Source of the DNA: a virus
Reading direction: 5' to 3' (one strand)
DNA length: 52,403 nucleotides
Virus record (IMG/VR): IMGVR_UViG_3300032782_000001
Span: 1 to 52,403 of that record
Shown here: one piece after another, positions 1-7,959 of the stretch
Position numbering within the stretch: the stretch's first letter is position 1
Layout: every line of letters starts with the position of its first letter
Made by a program: the position numbers and the translations under genes
The notes under the pieces: model-generated
What the model was told of the DNA's origin: nothing
The model's database searches: none
Seen by the model: only the letters and a program-made list of their open reading frames with translations

Positions 1-117
1 CAACACCTTGAAACCTTCTCCGAGCTCCGTCCCTCCGTCTTCGGCCATCGCGCTCATCGCATCCGCAACGGCGTCCGCAACTTCGAAATTTTGCAAACGT
101 CCAGCAGATCGGCCCAT
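1..117 (-). CDS. hypothetical protein, N-terminal part only (gene runs off window)
   Basis: ATG near 117 preceded by GGAGGCGACGACC within the conserved upstream cassette; coordinates approximate. Confidence 0.35.
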   Translation of the reverse strand, partial: MGRSAGRLQNFEVADAVADAMSAMAEDGGTELGEGFKVL

Positions 118-165
118 GGTCGTCGCCTCCGTCCGCCAATACGACGGACGGAGGCGAATTTCCGA
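118..165 (-). promoter_or_regulatory. conserved upstream cassette, palindromic variant
   Basis: minus-strand reading GGAAATTCGCCTCCGTCCGTCGTATTGGCGGACGGAGGCGACGACC-ATG; 13-bp inverted repeat pairs the SD with an upstream CCTCC arm. Confidence 0.5.
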
Positions 166-402
166 TCACCCGTCGTCTTGCGCGTCCGCGGTCGCCTCTT
201 CTTCCGTGTCGAAGGGACCGTTCGGCGTCCCGTCAGGCACGCACCCGGGGAAGCAGGCCCACCAGTACCAGCCTGCAGCGAGCTTCTCGCCGTCTTCGGC
301 CTCCAGCTCACCTTCCGGGGCGTAGAAGACCTCGGCGTTCGGCAGAGCCGTCTCTTCGGTCTCACGGCTCTTGTCGGTGTAAATCTGCGGCATTGTCGTC
401 AC
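166..402 (-). CDS. small acidic hypothetical protein (78 aa)
   Basis: ORF track; GGAGGTGACGACA-ATG RBS directly upstream. Confidence 0.6.
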   Translation of the reverse strand: MTTMPQIYTDKSRETEETALPNAEVFYAPEGELEAEDGEKLAAGWYWWACFPGCVPDGTPNGPFDTEEEATADAQDDG

Positions 403-443
403 CTCCGATCTAGAGTACGACCGGAGGTGACGAACTTACGGCC
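403..443 (-). promoter_or_regulatory. conserved upstream cassette, palindromic variant
   Basis: GTCGTCACCTCCG..GAGTACGAC..CGGAGGTGACGAAC inverted repeat around a CGTAC/CGTAT core; CGTAAGTTCG box on the distal side. Confidence 0.55.
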
Positions 444-704
444 TTACGGCACCTGCCAAGTCCCGTCGCCTTCGTAGTAGAAGACAGACGCGCCGCTCGG
501 CAGCTCGACGAACGGGCAGTAACCGCCGCGGTCTGACCCTTCTGGGTGTTCGTCCACGTAGCCCTTGCACCCTTCCGGCAAGGGTACGTCCTGGTCTTCG
601 ACCCAGCCCTCCCCGCGGGCCACTTCCTTCGTCAAAGTCACCACGCCCTTGTGGACAGACGGGGTGCAGCCTTCGAGGTACTTGAGAAGCTCAGTCCTGT
701 TCAC
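444..704 (-). CDS. hypothetical protein (86 aa)
   Basis: ORF track; GTG start 5 nt after GGAGGTGA. Confidence 0.6.
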   Translation of the reverse strand: MNRTELLKYLEGCTPSVHKGVVTLTKEVARGEGWVEDQDVPLPEGCKGYVDEHPEGSDRGGYCPFVELPSGASVFYYEGDGTWQVP

Positions 705-750
705 GTCGTCACCTCCGCACCTGAGTACGCGCGGAGGTGACGAACTTGCC
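705..750 (-). promoter_or_regulatory. conserved upstream cassette, palindromic variant
   Basis: CGTCGTCACCTCCGCACCTGAGTACGCGCGGAGGTGACGAACTTGCCC. Confidence 0.5.
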
Positions 751-757
751 CTTTGTT

Positions 758-1012
758 TTACTTGGACTGGACAACCGTCACTTGGAACTCCGATCCGTCC
801 GTGAGACGGAGGACGAATCCGGCGTTGTTCGTGAGGACCATGGCCTCCTCGAAGGAGCGAAGGTCTGCACCGACCAGCACAGCCCCATCGTCCAAGCCGG
901 ACTCCACCTCGGTCGAAAGACCGATGGTCTCCTGAAGCAGAGTCGCCATTTCCATCTCGTCCATCGTAGCGATGACCTCACCGATCCGGGCCGTGTGTAC
1001 GCTCTTCGCCAT
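758..1012 (-). CDS. hypothetical protein (84 aa)
   Basis: ORF track 758..1072 trimmed to Met21, which follows GGAGGTGACGACG; the longer N-terminus is a read-through of the cassette. Confidence 0.6.
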   Translation of the reverse strand: MAKSVHTARIGEVIATMDEMEMATLLQETIGLSTEVESGLDDGAVLVGADLRSFEEAMVLTNNAGFVLRLTDGSEFQVTVVQSK

Positions 1013-1450
1013 CGTCGTCACCTCCGACTCTGGATACGACGATGGCCGGCGGATTTTCGCTCCGCCGGCCATCGAGACTGCACACCCGCGCTTGCCGGTT
1101 CTCCGGCTCTCAGCAAAGTTTGGAGGCGGCCACCAGCCGCCCGCTTTGACCCTTCCTCATCGGCCTCCTCACTTTCTGCGCCAGACCTCCGGTCTGGGAG
1201 AGCGTTGACCTCACCTATCCACGCCGTGCGAGTTGTCTCTTAACTGGGGGCCGGAGAACGGCAGCTTCGATCTCCCACCGCTAGCTGACGATCTTACCCC
1301 ACCCGGCGGCCGCAAGCCGCGCGATATAACGCAATCGGACTGCCTTTCCTTCGTAGGAGGTTGGTTTCTAGGACCTGTATGCCGCCGCGCGGTGGCCGGC
1401 CACCGCGCTCTCCCCGCTTGCGATCTCCGGTACGCCGCGCGTCGCCGAAC

Positions 1451-1585
1451 TTACGACCGGAGCAACGAGCCGATCGCCTCGCGCGTCTCCAGACAGATCG
1501 CCAGCTGCGCCTCGGTGATCTTGCCCTCGTCGTACCACGCGAGGATCTTCTTCACGCTGCTGAACCGCACGCTCTTCTTCGCCAT
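1451..1585 (-). CDS. small hypothetical protein (44 aa, MAKKSVRFSSVKKILAWYDEGKITEAQLAICLE...)
   Basis: hand-translated; GGAGGTGAGACCG-ATG RBS; below the ORF-track size cut-off; coordinates approximate. Confidence 0.4.
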   Translation of the reverse strand: MAKKSVRFSSVKKILAWYDEGKITEAQLAICLETREAIGSLLRS

Positions 1586-1640
1586 CGGTCTCACCTCCAC
1601 AACCGAATACGACGCGGATCGCCAGACTTACGACCGCGCC
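1586..1640 (-). promoter_or_regulatory. conserved upstream cassette
   Basis: minus reading GTCGTAAGTCTGGCGATCCGCGTCGTATTCGGTTGTGGAGGTGAGACCG-ATG. Confidence 0.5.
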
Positions 1641-1643
1641 CAC

Positions 1644-1684
1644 AATTCCCCTTTAAAATTGAACTGGGAATTTTAAAGGGGAAT
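1644..1684. promoter_or_regulatory. 16-bp inverted repeat (AATTCCCCTTTAAAATT / AATTTTAAAGGGGAAT) between divergent cassettes; operator-like
   Basis: near-perfect palindrome with 8-nt centre, lying exactly between the minus-strand cassette (1586-1640) and the plus-strand cassette (1690-1749). Confidence 0.45.
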
Positions 1685-1689
1685 CCCTC

Positions 1690-1749
1690 GCCCAGCGGGC
1701 GCCGCAAATCCGACAGGGCCCGTCGTATCCAGGGACGGAGGTGATGACG
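1690..1749 (+). promoter_or_regulatory. conserved upstream cassette
   Basis: GCCGCAAATCCGACAGGGCCCGTCGTATCCAGGGACGGAGGTGATGACG-ATG. Confidence 0.5.
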
Positions 1750-2115
1750 ATGACGACGAACAACGCAGCGAGCTACCCGTTCCTCAGCAAGGCCCAGATC
1801 AAGGATCGCCTGGCCCAAGACCCGGACTTCGTCCGGGAGTGCGCCCTGATCATGCAGGATCGCCAGACGGCCTACGAGCAGGCCACCCTCACCACGAAGG
1901 ACCGCAACCGCAAGGGCTGGATGAGCAGCCACGCCGTCAACGGCGGCAAGCTCACCGCCAAGCTCCGCCAGGGAGAGGCCCTCGAAGCCGAGGAGTGGCT
2001 CAAGCTCCAGGAGATGGTCTCGCACTACGGCAAGCAGCTCGCGAGCCACTTCCGGGAGGCGGCCATCGAAGCCAACCCGACCCTCAAGGCCGCGGCCGCG
2101 ATCTTCGGCGTCTGA
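1750..2115 (+). CDS. hypothetical protein (about 122 aa)
   Basis: ORF track 1741..2115; start ambiguous among three in-frame ATGs within or after GGAGGTGATGACGATG, and 1750 gives canonical spacing. Confidence 0.55.
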   Translation: MTTNNAASYPFLSKAQIKDRLAQDPDFVRECALIMQDRQTAYEQATLTTKDRNRKGWMSSHAVNGGKLTAKLRQGEALEAEEWLKLQEMVSHYGKQLASHFREAAIEANPTLKAAAAIFGV

Positions 2116-2123
2116 TCCAACCA

Positions 2124-2153
2124 GGCCCCGCCCGGGTTCTTCCGGGCGGGGCC
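2124..2153 (+). terminator. GC-rich perfect 12-bp hairpin (GGCCCCGCCCGG..CCGGGCGGGGCC)
   Basis: directly after the 2115 stop; no clear U-tract. Confidence 0.45.
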
Positions 2154-2164
2154 TGCCCGTCAAA

Positions 2165-2214
2165 GCGGCCGCAAATCTGATGCGGCCGCGCGTATTGACA
2201 TTCGGAGGGTAACG
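2165..2214 (+). promoter_or_regulatory. conserved upstream cassette
   Basis: CCGCAAATCTGATGCGGCCGCGCGTATTGACATTCGGAGGGTAACG-ATG. Confidence 0.5.
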
Positions 2215-2463
2215 ATGATCGACACGAGCTGCACGCTCACCGTGGGCGACTTGCTGGAAGCATTGAAGGCCGGTCGCGTGACCCCGGACACCTGCCTGGG
2301 ATACGCCGTTCGAGGGTTCCCGTCCGATGGCGTGGAGTCCATCTCTGCCATCAGCTTCCACAAATACGAGGACGGGACCCGGGTCCTCATCTTCTTGAAC
2401 GACGTTAACTCCCCACAAGTCGCTCGCGACGTCGTACCGCTGGAAGCCGAAGATTTGACCTGA
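2215..2463 (+). CDS. hypothetical protein (82 aa)
   Basis: ORF track; cassette upstream; hairpin AAGGCCGG..CCGGCCTT downstream at 2469-2501. Confidence 0.55.
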   Translation: MIDTSCTLTVGDLLEALKAGRVTPDTCLGYAVRGFPSDGVESISAISFHKYEDGTRVLIFLNDVNSPQVARDVVPLEAEDLT

Positions 2464-2509
2464 CCCCTAAGGCCGGGCTCGCGAAAGCGGGTTCCGGCCT
2501 TCGTCGTTC

Positions 2510-2731
2510 TTACTCTGATGGGATGTTAAATCCCTTGGGGTGACCTTCAGGAATATCTGCCAAGATATCTTTTGAAAGATCCCCTTTAAAAGCCAATCCA
2601 ATACACCCCTTTGAACAATAGTCCTTACGGATCGCCTTCAAAGACGAGTCCCCCTCTACTTTAAGGACTAGCCAGTTAGAAGGGATGGACTGCCCGACAA
2701 CCGATTTTCCGCAAGTATTACAAACCCACAT
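2510..2731 (-). CDS. Cys-rich small protein (CxxC...CxxxC), AT-rich island
   Basis: ORF track 2510..2785 trimmed to Met19; the track N-terminus translates the 2739-2777 hairpin. Confidence 0.4.
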   Translation of the reverse strand: MWVCNTCGKSVVGQSIPSNWLVLKVEGDSSLKAIRKDYCSKGCIGLAFKGDLSKDILADIPEGHPKGFNIPSE

Positions 2732-2738
2732 GAAGAAC

Positions 2739-2777
2739 AATACTTGGCAGGGGATCGTCGATCCCCTGCCAAGTATT
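2739..2777. repeat. perfect 19-bp inverted repeat AATACTTGGCAGGGGATCG/CGATCCCCTGCCAAGTATT (TGGCAGGGG hairpin family)
   Basis: read directly; same stem motif as 31395-31430 and 44086-44112. Confidence 0.7.
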
Positions 2778-2816
2778 TGTTTCAACCAGGGAATTTGCCC
2801 GTGTCGGGCCGAGCTT

Positions 2817-3272
2817 TCAAGATGGGACGACGAAATTTCCGCTTGAAAGAGCTGCCTGAAGGGACTTCATCATCACTTCCGGCGGGACGACACGCACGTC
2901 TCCCTCGACATCCGCGGCCATCCCAACCAGATCTTCCCAAGTGGCCGGAGGCGTCTCACCCTCCTCCAAATCCCACCCGACTTGGTCCCAAACCCCCTCC
3001 ATGTCGTCGTAAAGACCCATGGAGCCCCTGGTCCCACCCCCATGGATTTTCTCGTCAGCCGCTTCCACCGCGGCAGCCATCTCCGGAGTCCCTCCACCCG
3101 GAACTTTGAAAGCCTGCCATCCCCACGGCCCACTAACCGCCACATACGCGTCGCTCATAGCCGCCAGTACGCGGCGCAGCGCCGCACTTACGCGGACGCG
3201 ACTCGGTTTTTGACTGCGGTCAATTTTATCCGCAATTTGGCGCAAAGAAGCAGCAACCCGAGAAGGCGTCAT
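2817..3272 (-). CDS. hypothetical protein, paralog of 14874..15284 (shared N-terminal 40 aa PSRVAASLRxIADKIDRSxxPSRVRVS)
   Basis: ORF track trimmed to Met6 by comparison with the paralog; the shared 5' region contains an in-frame copy of the cassette at about 3150-3205. Confidence 0.6.
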   Translation of the reverse strand: MTPSRVAASLRQIADKIDRSQKPSRVRVSAALRRVLAAMSDAYVAVSGPWGWQAFKVPGGGTPEMAAAVEAADEKIHGGGTRGSMGLYDDMEGVWDQVGWDLEEGETPPATWEDLVGMAADVEGDVRVVPPEVMMKSLQAALSSGNFVVPS

Positions 3273-3414
3273 GCTTCTCTCCGTCAAAGGAGTTTTAGAA
3301 TCACGTCGCCACTTGCGTCAGCGGACCAAATTTTTGCCCCGCTTGCGTACGCGCGCGCAGGTATGGCAGGTATTTCTGCGATCCCTGCCAGGGATCGAGC
3401 CGATCCTTCTAGTT

Positions 3415-3585
3415 AGGTTCGCCTTTTTGGCGTTTCTTTACTGAAGAGCCAAGTCATTCCGAGCACGGTGGTCACCAACCCCACCAAGAAGTAAGGCGGC
3501 GGGTATTCGTAGAGAAGCGCACCCAGCAAAGTAAAGCTGAGTCCGGAGATCACCAGGGCGACGGGAAAAAGGCGAGGCTTCACGA
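3415..3585 (-). CDS. possible small 2-TM membrane protein (57 aa, GTG start)
   Basis: hand-translated; no SD; sits right after a terminator-like hairpin (3598-3646) followed by TTTTT; weak. Confidence 0.2.
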
Positions 3586-3659
3586 GTAAAAACCGGACCC
3601 TGGAGCCGCATGGTCGCCGGTTGGAGGTGACGACGGTCGGCTCCAGGGTCCCAAGGTGT

Positions 3660-3845
3660 TCAGTCGATGCGCCGCGCCTCCAAGCCCTTCTTCGTCGGAC
3701 GAAGGGTTCCGTCCACCTCGACGATGAAACCCTTCTTGACGAGGGCGAATCGCCGTCGACCGTCGATGGCGTGGGCCGGACACGGCTCCTTCACGTCGTC
3801 GCAATAGACAATTGAGAGCAGGGCCATCCAGGTTTCGAAAGTCAC
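3660..3845 (-). CDS. hypothetical protein (61 aa)
   Basis: ORF track; AAGGAGGAATCGCC-GTG start overlapping the upstream stop (GTGA). Confidence 0.5.
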   Translation of the reverse strand: MTFETWMALLSIVYCDDVKEPCPAHAIDGRRRFALVKKGFIVEVDGTLRPTKKGLEARRID

Positions 3846-4201
3846 GGCGATTCCTCCTTCTTAGAACGCTCTGCGTCAAGGACCTTCTTGGCCCGGACGA
3901 ACAACTCCCGCCAGTAGACGTGGCTGAAGTAAACGGAGATAGACGAGTTCTTCCCCGGATTGAGGCCCCGGAGGCACTCGAGCAAGTCAGCATCCGAAAG
4001 CCCGTTCGCCGTGGCGAACGCTGCCTCGTACTGCGCTTGAGGAACGAGATTGAAGAGCTGCTCCACGAGCGGAACCTTCTCAGGTAGGTCCGGCGGACCG
4101 TCGCTCGGAGCCGGCGCGTTGTCCTTCACCAGCTTGGCAATGGCCTGAAGCTGGGCCTTTGCCTCCTCGAGCTTGTGCTCAACTTTCTCGTCGGATCCCA
4201 T
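3842..4201 (-). CDS. hypothetical protein (119 aa)
   Basis: ORF track; GGAGGTTTTGATTAA-ATG. Confidence 0.6.
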   Translation of the reverse strand: MGSDEKVEHKLEEAKAQLQAIAKLVKDNAPAPSDGPPDLPEKVPLVEQLFNLVPQAQYEAAFATANGLSDADLLECLRGLNPGKNSSISVYFSHVYWRELFVRAKKVLDAERSKKEESP

Positions 4202-4245
4202 TTAATCAAAACCTCCGACCGATCTTACGTTGAAAAGCAGAAGGT

Positions 4246-4473
4246 TTACGACGTTTCGTAGACCTTCAAACTCTCCCACGCCGGGATAGCAAACTGCTCG
4301 TCGTAGTCCCGCTCCGTGTCGTTCATGTCCTGCCGCCAGTCGATCTCGTGCTGATAGCAGGACTTGCAAACGATGGCATTGGAATCGCCACCCGTCGGCA
4401 GAAGCCGGACTTCACCTTCGACGCAGATCCCGAGCTGCTTGTCACAGCGAGGATTGTTGTAATGAGTCGCCAA
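4246..4473 (-). CDS. Cys-rich small protein (75 aa, TTG start)
   Basis: ORF track 4246..4650 trimmed to Leu60 (TTG), which follows GGAGGTGACGAAC; the residues upstream (PEVTNL) are the cassette read-through. Confidence 0.5.
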   Translation of the reverse strand: MATHYNNPRCDKQLGICVEGEVRLLPTGGDSNAIVCKSCYQHEIDWRQDMNDTERDYDEQFAIPAWESLKVYETS

Positions 4474-4520
4474 GTTCGTCACCTCCGGATCCAAATACGA
4501 CCGGAGGTGACGAACTTGCG
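4474..4520 (-). promoter_or_regulatory. conserved upstream cassette, palindromic variant (17-bp arms AAGTTCGTCACCTCCGG / CCGGAGGTGACGAACTT)
   Basis: read directly; central TCGTATTTGGAT. Confidence 0.55.
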
Positions 4521-4528
4521 CCGTCGCG

Positions 4529-4999
4529 TCAGTCCAGACGATCGTCCTGACCACAACGAGGGTCGCACTGGCCCGGAGGCGCCCCGCACTCCTCGCAATC
4601 GTCCGAGTGGTCTTCCGGGTCGGAATTGTCATCGCAGATGGGAGTCCCACCCAAGGCTTCGAGAACCGCCGTCACCGTCTTGCAAACGGACGTCTCGGCC
4701 GTCCGAGGAGAACAGAGGGTCTCGCAAATTTTCCAAGACCGGACGTATTGCCAACCGTCGACGTAAGGAAGGGACAATCCCTCCCAACGGTCGTGACGCC
4801 AAGGGATCTCCCCGTGGTTCTCCTTGTCGATGTGCTTCGCCAACAGGTCGCAGACGACCCGGGCAAGCTCCTCCGAAGCACACAGGACCAAATGGTCCGT
4901 GTCCGGAGCCTCCCCGTCGTAATCGCCGTAGATCGCCCAGCAAGGCACGGCCAGAATCGGCTTGGCCAACTCGTAGATCTTCTCGAGGTCCTCAGTCAC
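4529..4999 (-). CDS. hypothetical protein, Cys/Asp-rich C-terminus (156 aa)
   Basis: ORF track; GTG start after GGAGGTGACGAC; cassette at 5000-5050. Confidence 0.6.
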   Translation of the reverse strand: MTEDLEKIYELAKPILAVPCWAIYGDYDGEAPDTDHLVLCASEELARVVCDLLAKHIDKENHGEIPWRHDRWEGLSLPYVDGWQYVRSWKICETLCSPRTAETSVCKTVTAVLEALGGTPICDDNSDPEDHSDDCEECGAPPGQCDPRCGQDDRLD

Positions 5000-5062
5000 G
5001 TCGTCACCTCCGCGATCGGATACGACGCGGCCCGGCGGATTTCTGCGATCGCGCCGAGTTCT

Positions 5063-5359
5063 TCAAAAACTCCCGGCGGTTGAGCTGCGGTCGAACGACA
5101 GGATCATGTCGTTCCCGAAGAGTTTCTCGGCCACCTTCCGGTTCTCCGTCGGAGTTCCTTCTTCCAAGGGATGGACTTTGGAAGCCGGCACCCGGACGTT
5201 CTCGTACATGGAGTGCCACTTCACGACGTACGTGACCCTTCCAATCCCCGGCTTCCGATTCGGGTCGAGCTCGTTGGAGACCACCTCGCCTTCCACGAGC
5301 CGTCCCTTGAGGACGAAACCGACCTTCGAACCCTTCGGAAGAACCTTGTAACCACTCAT
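5063..5359 (-). CDS. hypothetical protein (98 aa)
   Basis: ORF track; AGGAGGTGATGGCCGG-ATG; cassette at 5360-5410. Confidence 0.6.
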   Translation of the reverse strand: MSGYKVLPKGSKVGFVLKGRLVEGEVVSNELDPNRKPGIGRVTYVVKWHSMYENVRVPASKVHPLEEGTPTENRKVAEKLFGNDMILSFDRSSTAGSF

Positions 5360-5437
5360 CCGGCCATCACCTCCTGCCCCCGATACGCCGCGGAACCGCC
5401 AGATTTGCGCCCCGGCTTCAAAGGGGACCTTTAAAGA

Positions 5438-5638
5438 CTAACTCTTCATGACTTCAAGGATGATTTTCTCTTCGCAAGGGACCCACTCCGGAACGGGTCC
5501 AGTACCTTGGACTGGCACGTGGAGATTCCAAGGAGGCTTCCTGGAAGACCAGTGGACTCCTCCGCATTTGGAACACCTCCATTTTAGAGCTCCTTCGGGT
5601 TCTTCCTGGACCCAGACGTGCCCCGAATGTCTTCCCAT
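5438..5638 (-). CDS. small Cys-rich protein, tail ...ILEVMKS (V-[MH]-x-S tail family)
   Basis: ORF track. Confidence 0.5.
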   Translation of the reverse strand: MGRHSGHVWVQEEPEGALKWRCSKCGGVHWSSRKPPWNLHVPVQGTGPVPEWVPCEEKIILEVMKS

Positions 5639-5654
5639 AAGCTAAAACGTAAAT

Positions 5655-5692
5655 TCGAACCGGTCAGACGTATCCGGAATCAACAAACATAA
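5655..5692 (+). promoter_or_regulatory. orphan plus-orientation copy of the cassette boxes (CGTAAATTCG..GACGTATCCGG) without SD
   Basis: read directly; followed by G-rich degenerate repeats (GGAAGTTCCGG-like) antisense to the minus ORF 5716..6276. Confidence 0.35.
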
Positions 5693-5715
5693 ATGTACCG
5701 GAAGACGGGATCATT

Positions 5716-6276
5716 TCAACGAACGTCCGGTATTTCGGGGGGTTTGGAAGTTCCGGGTGATTGGGAGTTGGAGGTCCGGAAGTTCGGGGATTTGGAAGTT
5801 TCGGGAGGTTGGGGATGTTCCGTCGGCTCGTCGGGGTATGGGGCTGGTTCAGGCGTCGATTTCGGTCTTTGCCTCCAGCTCCTCCCAGTCTTCTGGCATG
5901 TGATCACCAGGTTTTGAAAATCCCGTTGTTTTCTCGGGATGGTCGGTGGCAGTCTTGCGGGTGTCCGGCGGCTCATTGGTTCTTGAGGGAGTATGATGGG
6001 TGTTTGGTACCTGTCTGTTCCCGGCATTTCAGTCTTTGGATCCTGCATGGCTGGCATTCCGTCTCTTGGGACGAAGCCCTTGTAGCCCAAGTCATGTTCT
6101 CTTGAGTCTGGCCCTGGAACGGGTCCTTCTTGCGTTCCGTTGCCCCTTCCTTCGTCTCGAACCAGTCTGACGGTCCTCTTGGGCCCTAGAACCTCCCCGA
6201 CGCCACGGAAAAACCGCTCCCTTTCGCGGGCGCCCGCGCAGGTGTGCCATATATTGGCCGAACTCCTGTCATACAT
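5716..6276 (-). CDS. hypothetical protein with Pro/Ser-rich low-complexity C-terminus
   Basis: ORF track; no SD or cassette; competing plus ORF 5693..5917. Confidence 0.3.
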   Translation of the reverse strand: MYDRSSANIWHTCAGARERERFFRGVGEVLGPKRTVRLVRDEGRGNGTQEGPVPGPDSREHDLGYKGFVPRDGMPAMQDPKTEMPGTDRYQTPIILPQEPMSRRTPARLPPTIPRKQRDFQNLVITCQKTGRSWRQRPKSTPEPAPYPDEPTEHPQPPETSKSPNFRTSNSQSPGTSKPPEIPDVR

Positions 6277-6432
6277 TTTCCTACATAATGAACAGGGATT
6301 CTGTTTTATGGTCTGTCGGGTCTATGTTAAGGCGTGTGGCCCTAGGGGTGTTGTTTTGAAATTTCCTTGTTGGACCGCCAAACTGGATTCCAACTTGTTA
6401 AAGGTGATCTTCCCCCTAGTCACCTTTCATTC

Positions 6433-6693
6433 TCAGCTCGACATGATGTTCCATACGACGAATTCGTTGAAGGAGATTTCACGGATGTCGGGTGGAAGAA
6501 TGGTTCCGTCGTCCATTCTTTTGTAGGTTTTGGAGACTCGTTGCCATTCTTCGGCGCAGGTTGGGCAGCAGCTGAAGGTGTTTTTGGTGGTCAGGCCTTG
6601 GAAGTAGACGGAGGTTGGGTTGGGGCAGGGTCCTTTGAAGGACAGGCAGGATTCTGGGTCCCAGGCGAAGTCTTTGGGGTTTCGGACGGTCAT
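6433..6693 (-). CDS. Cys-rich small protein, tail ...NEFVVWNIMSS (tail family)
   Basis: ORF track; ATGA overlap with upstream gene. Confidence 0.55.
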   Translation of the reverse strand: MTVRNPKDFAWDPESCLSFKGPCPNPTSVYFQGLTTKNTFSCCPTCAEEWQRVSKTYKRMDDGTILPPDIREISFNEFVVWNIMSS

Positions 6694-6947
6694 GCGTCCA
6701 TCACTTGGGCGACGAGGAATTCTGCTTCTGAGAGTTCTTCCACTTTAACCCATTGGCCAAGGAATTTCAGATATCGCGGTTTATCGGCGTGGGGGCTGAG
6801 GAATTGGAGTTTTCCGTGGGTGGGGCATCGGGCGAAGGTTCGGATGGTTCGTCCGAACAATGTACCTCGGAAGAATTTTGTGGCGGGTTCGCCGCATTCT
6901 TTTTCCGGGTCTAGCGGGTTTTCTGCGTAGTCGCAGGAGTTCTTCAC
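6690..6947 (-). CDS. Cys-rich small protein, tail ...EAEFLVAQVMDA (tail family)
   Basis: ORF track; GTGA overlap with upstream gene. Confidence 0.55.
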   Translation of the reverse strand: MKNSCDYAENPLDPEKECGEPATKFFRGTLFGRTIRTFARCPTHGKLQFLSPHADKPRYLKFLGQWVKVEELSEAEFLVAQVMDA

Positions 6948-7159
6948 GAGTCCATCACCTGTCGGCAGATGAATTCTTCTCGGGAGATTTCAATCGGCTC
7001 CATCGGAGCCCCGCGGATTTCCATCGGAAGCAGTCCGTTTAGGCAACATTGGTTACAAGTTCCCCATACGAACATTTTTCCTTCTTGGCGTTCGTACTGG
7101 AAGAATCGAGAGGCTTCGTTCTGGCAGTCGTCTATGCAGGGGATGGGTTCCGTTTTCAC
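6944..7159 (-). CDS. Cys-rich small protein, tail ...REEFICRQVMDS (tail family)
   Basis: ORF track. Confidence 0.55.
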   Translation of the reverse strand: MKTEPIPCIDDCQNEASRFFQYERQEGKMFVWGTCNQCCLNGLLPMEIRGAPMEPIEISREEFICRQVMDS

Positions 7160-7932
7160 GAGTCCATCACTTGGGCGACCAGGTACTCTTCCAGGGAGAT
7201 TTCCTGGATGTCATGTCCTGAATCTCGGGCGTGGTATCCGCATCGGGCCACGTTCAGGCGGGCGATCCTTCCTGAGAATTCGAATTCATCTCGGAAGAAT
7301 CGGACGGCCGGGTTTTGGCATTGTCCGGGGTCCAGTTTTTCCCAGTCGCATGGAATTCGGGGGTTTTCCGCGTCCCAGAGTTTTTGAAGCCTCTCCATTT
7401 CTTTCTGGAGGAGTGCTTGTCCGTCGAGTCCGTAGATCTGGTTGTCGAATTCGATGATTTTTTTCCGGTGTTCGGAGGGTCGGCTTGGGAGGCCCAGCGG
7501 GTTGACCATGAGCCAGTGCAGTTCTTTCGGAATCCGGTTTCCGGGGGAGGTGTCCAGGATGACCGGTTGTGGTCCTTCTCCGTCTTTCGGGTCTCCGTAT
7601 TCTTGACCGTCGTAGACGACCACGGGGAATGCGCCTTGGAGGTTGGGGAAGTGTGGGGAGTATTGGAAGATGTCAATTCGTCCGCATTGGAGCGCCATCC
7701 ATCGGCAGATGGTCCAGATGTATTCCCTTTCCAGGGAGCTACAGTTGTAGTCGAAGCCGATCCTGCACGGTCCGTCGTCGTAGGATAGGCTTTCGTTCGT
7801 CGGCAGTCCGTCTTCCAGTGGACCTCGGTAGTAGACTGGTTGGTCTGCCGGTTTTCCCAGGAGTTCGGGGAATTTCCGCAGGTTCTTTTCCAGGAAGGCG
7901 AGCATTCGCTTTTTGGCGATTTCGCTAGCCAT
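7156..7932 (-). CDS. hypothetical protein (258 aa), tail ...LEEYLVAQVMDS (tail family)
   Basis: ORF track 7156..7956 trimmed to Met9. Confidence 0.55.
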   Translation of the reverse strand: MASEIAKKRMLAFLEKNLRKFPELLGKPADQPVYYRGPLEDGLPTNESLSYDDGPCRIGFDYNCSSLEREYIWTICRWMALQCGRIDIFQYSPHFPNLQGAFPVVVYDGQEYGDPKDGEGPQPVILDTSPGNRIPKELHWLMVNPLGLPSRPSEHRKKIIEFDNQIYGLDGQALLQKEMERLQKLWDAENPRIPCDWEKLDPGQCQNPAVRFFRDEFEFSGRIARLNVARCGYHARDSGHDIQEISLEEYLVAQVMDS

Positions 7933-7959
7933 TGGCGCAGTAATGCTGTAGCCCACCGT

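Noticed and set aside
3598-3660. GGAGGTGACGAC on the plus strand at about 3625 as an RBS for a plus-strand gene
   Set aside because: There is no start codon within 25 nt. The sequence is the loop of an 11-bp hairpin (CCCTGGAGCCG..CGGCTCCAGGG) that reads as a terminator, with a T-tract, on the minus strand.
4465-4650. N-terminal extensions of many ORF-track calls that contain the peptide PEVTNL or similar
   Set aside because: They are in-frame translations of the conserved upstream cassette (CCGGAGGTGACGAACTTG). Real starts are the ATG, GTG or TTG just after GGAGGTGA.
4348-5235. Long Arg/Pro/Gly-rich ORFs antisense to clearly real genes (for example 4348..5235+, 1591..2418-, 25781..26833-, 29861..31285-, 39152..39937-, 38914..40140+, 43149..43871-, 16452..16871-)
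   Set aside because: These are shadow ORFs typical of the third-position GC bias. They have low-complexity sequence, no RBS, and overlap recognisable genes (AAA ATPase, VWA, ligase) on the other strand.
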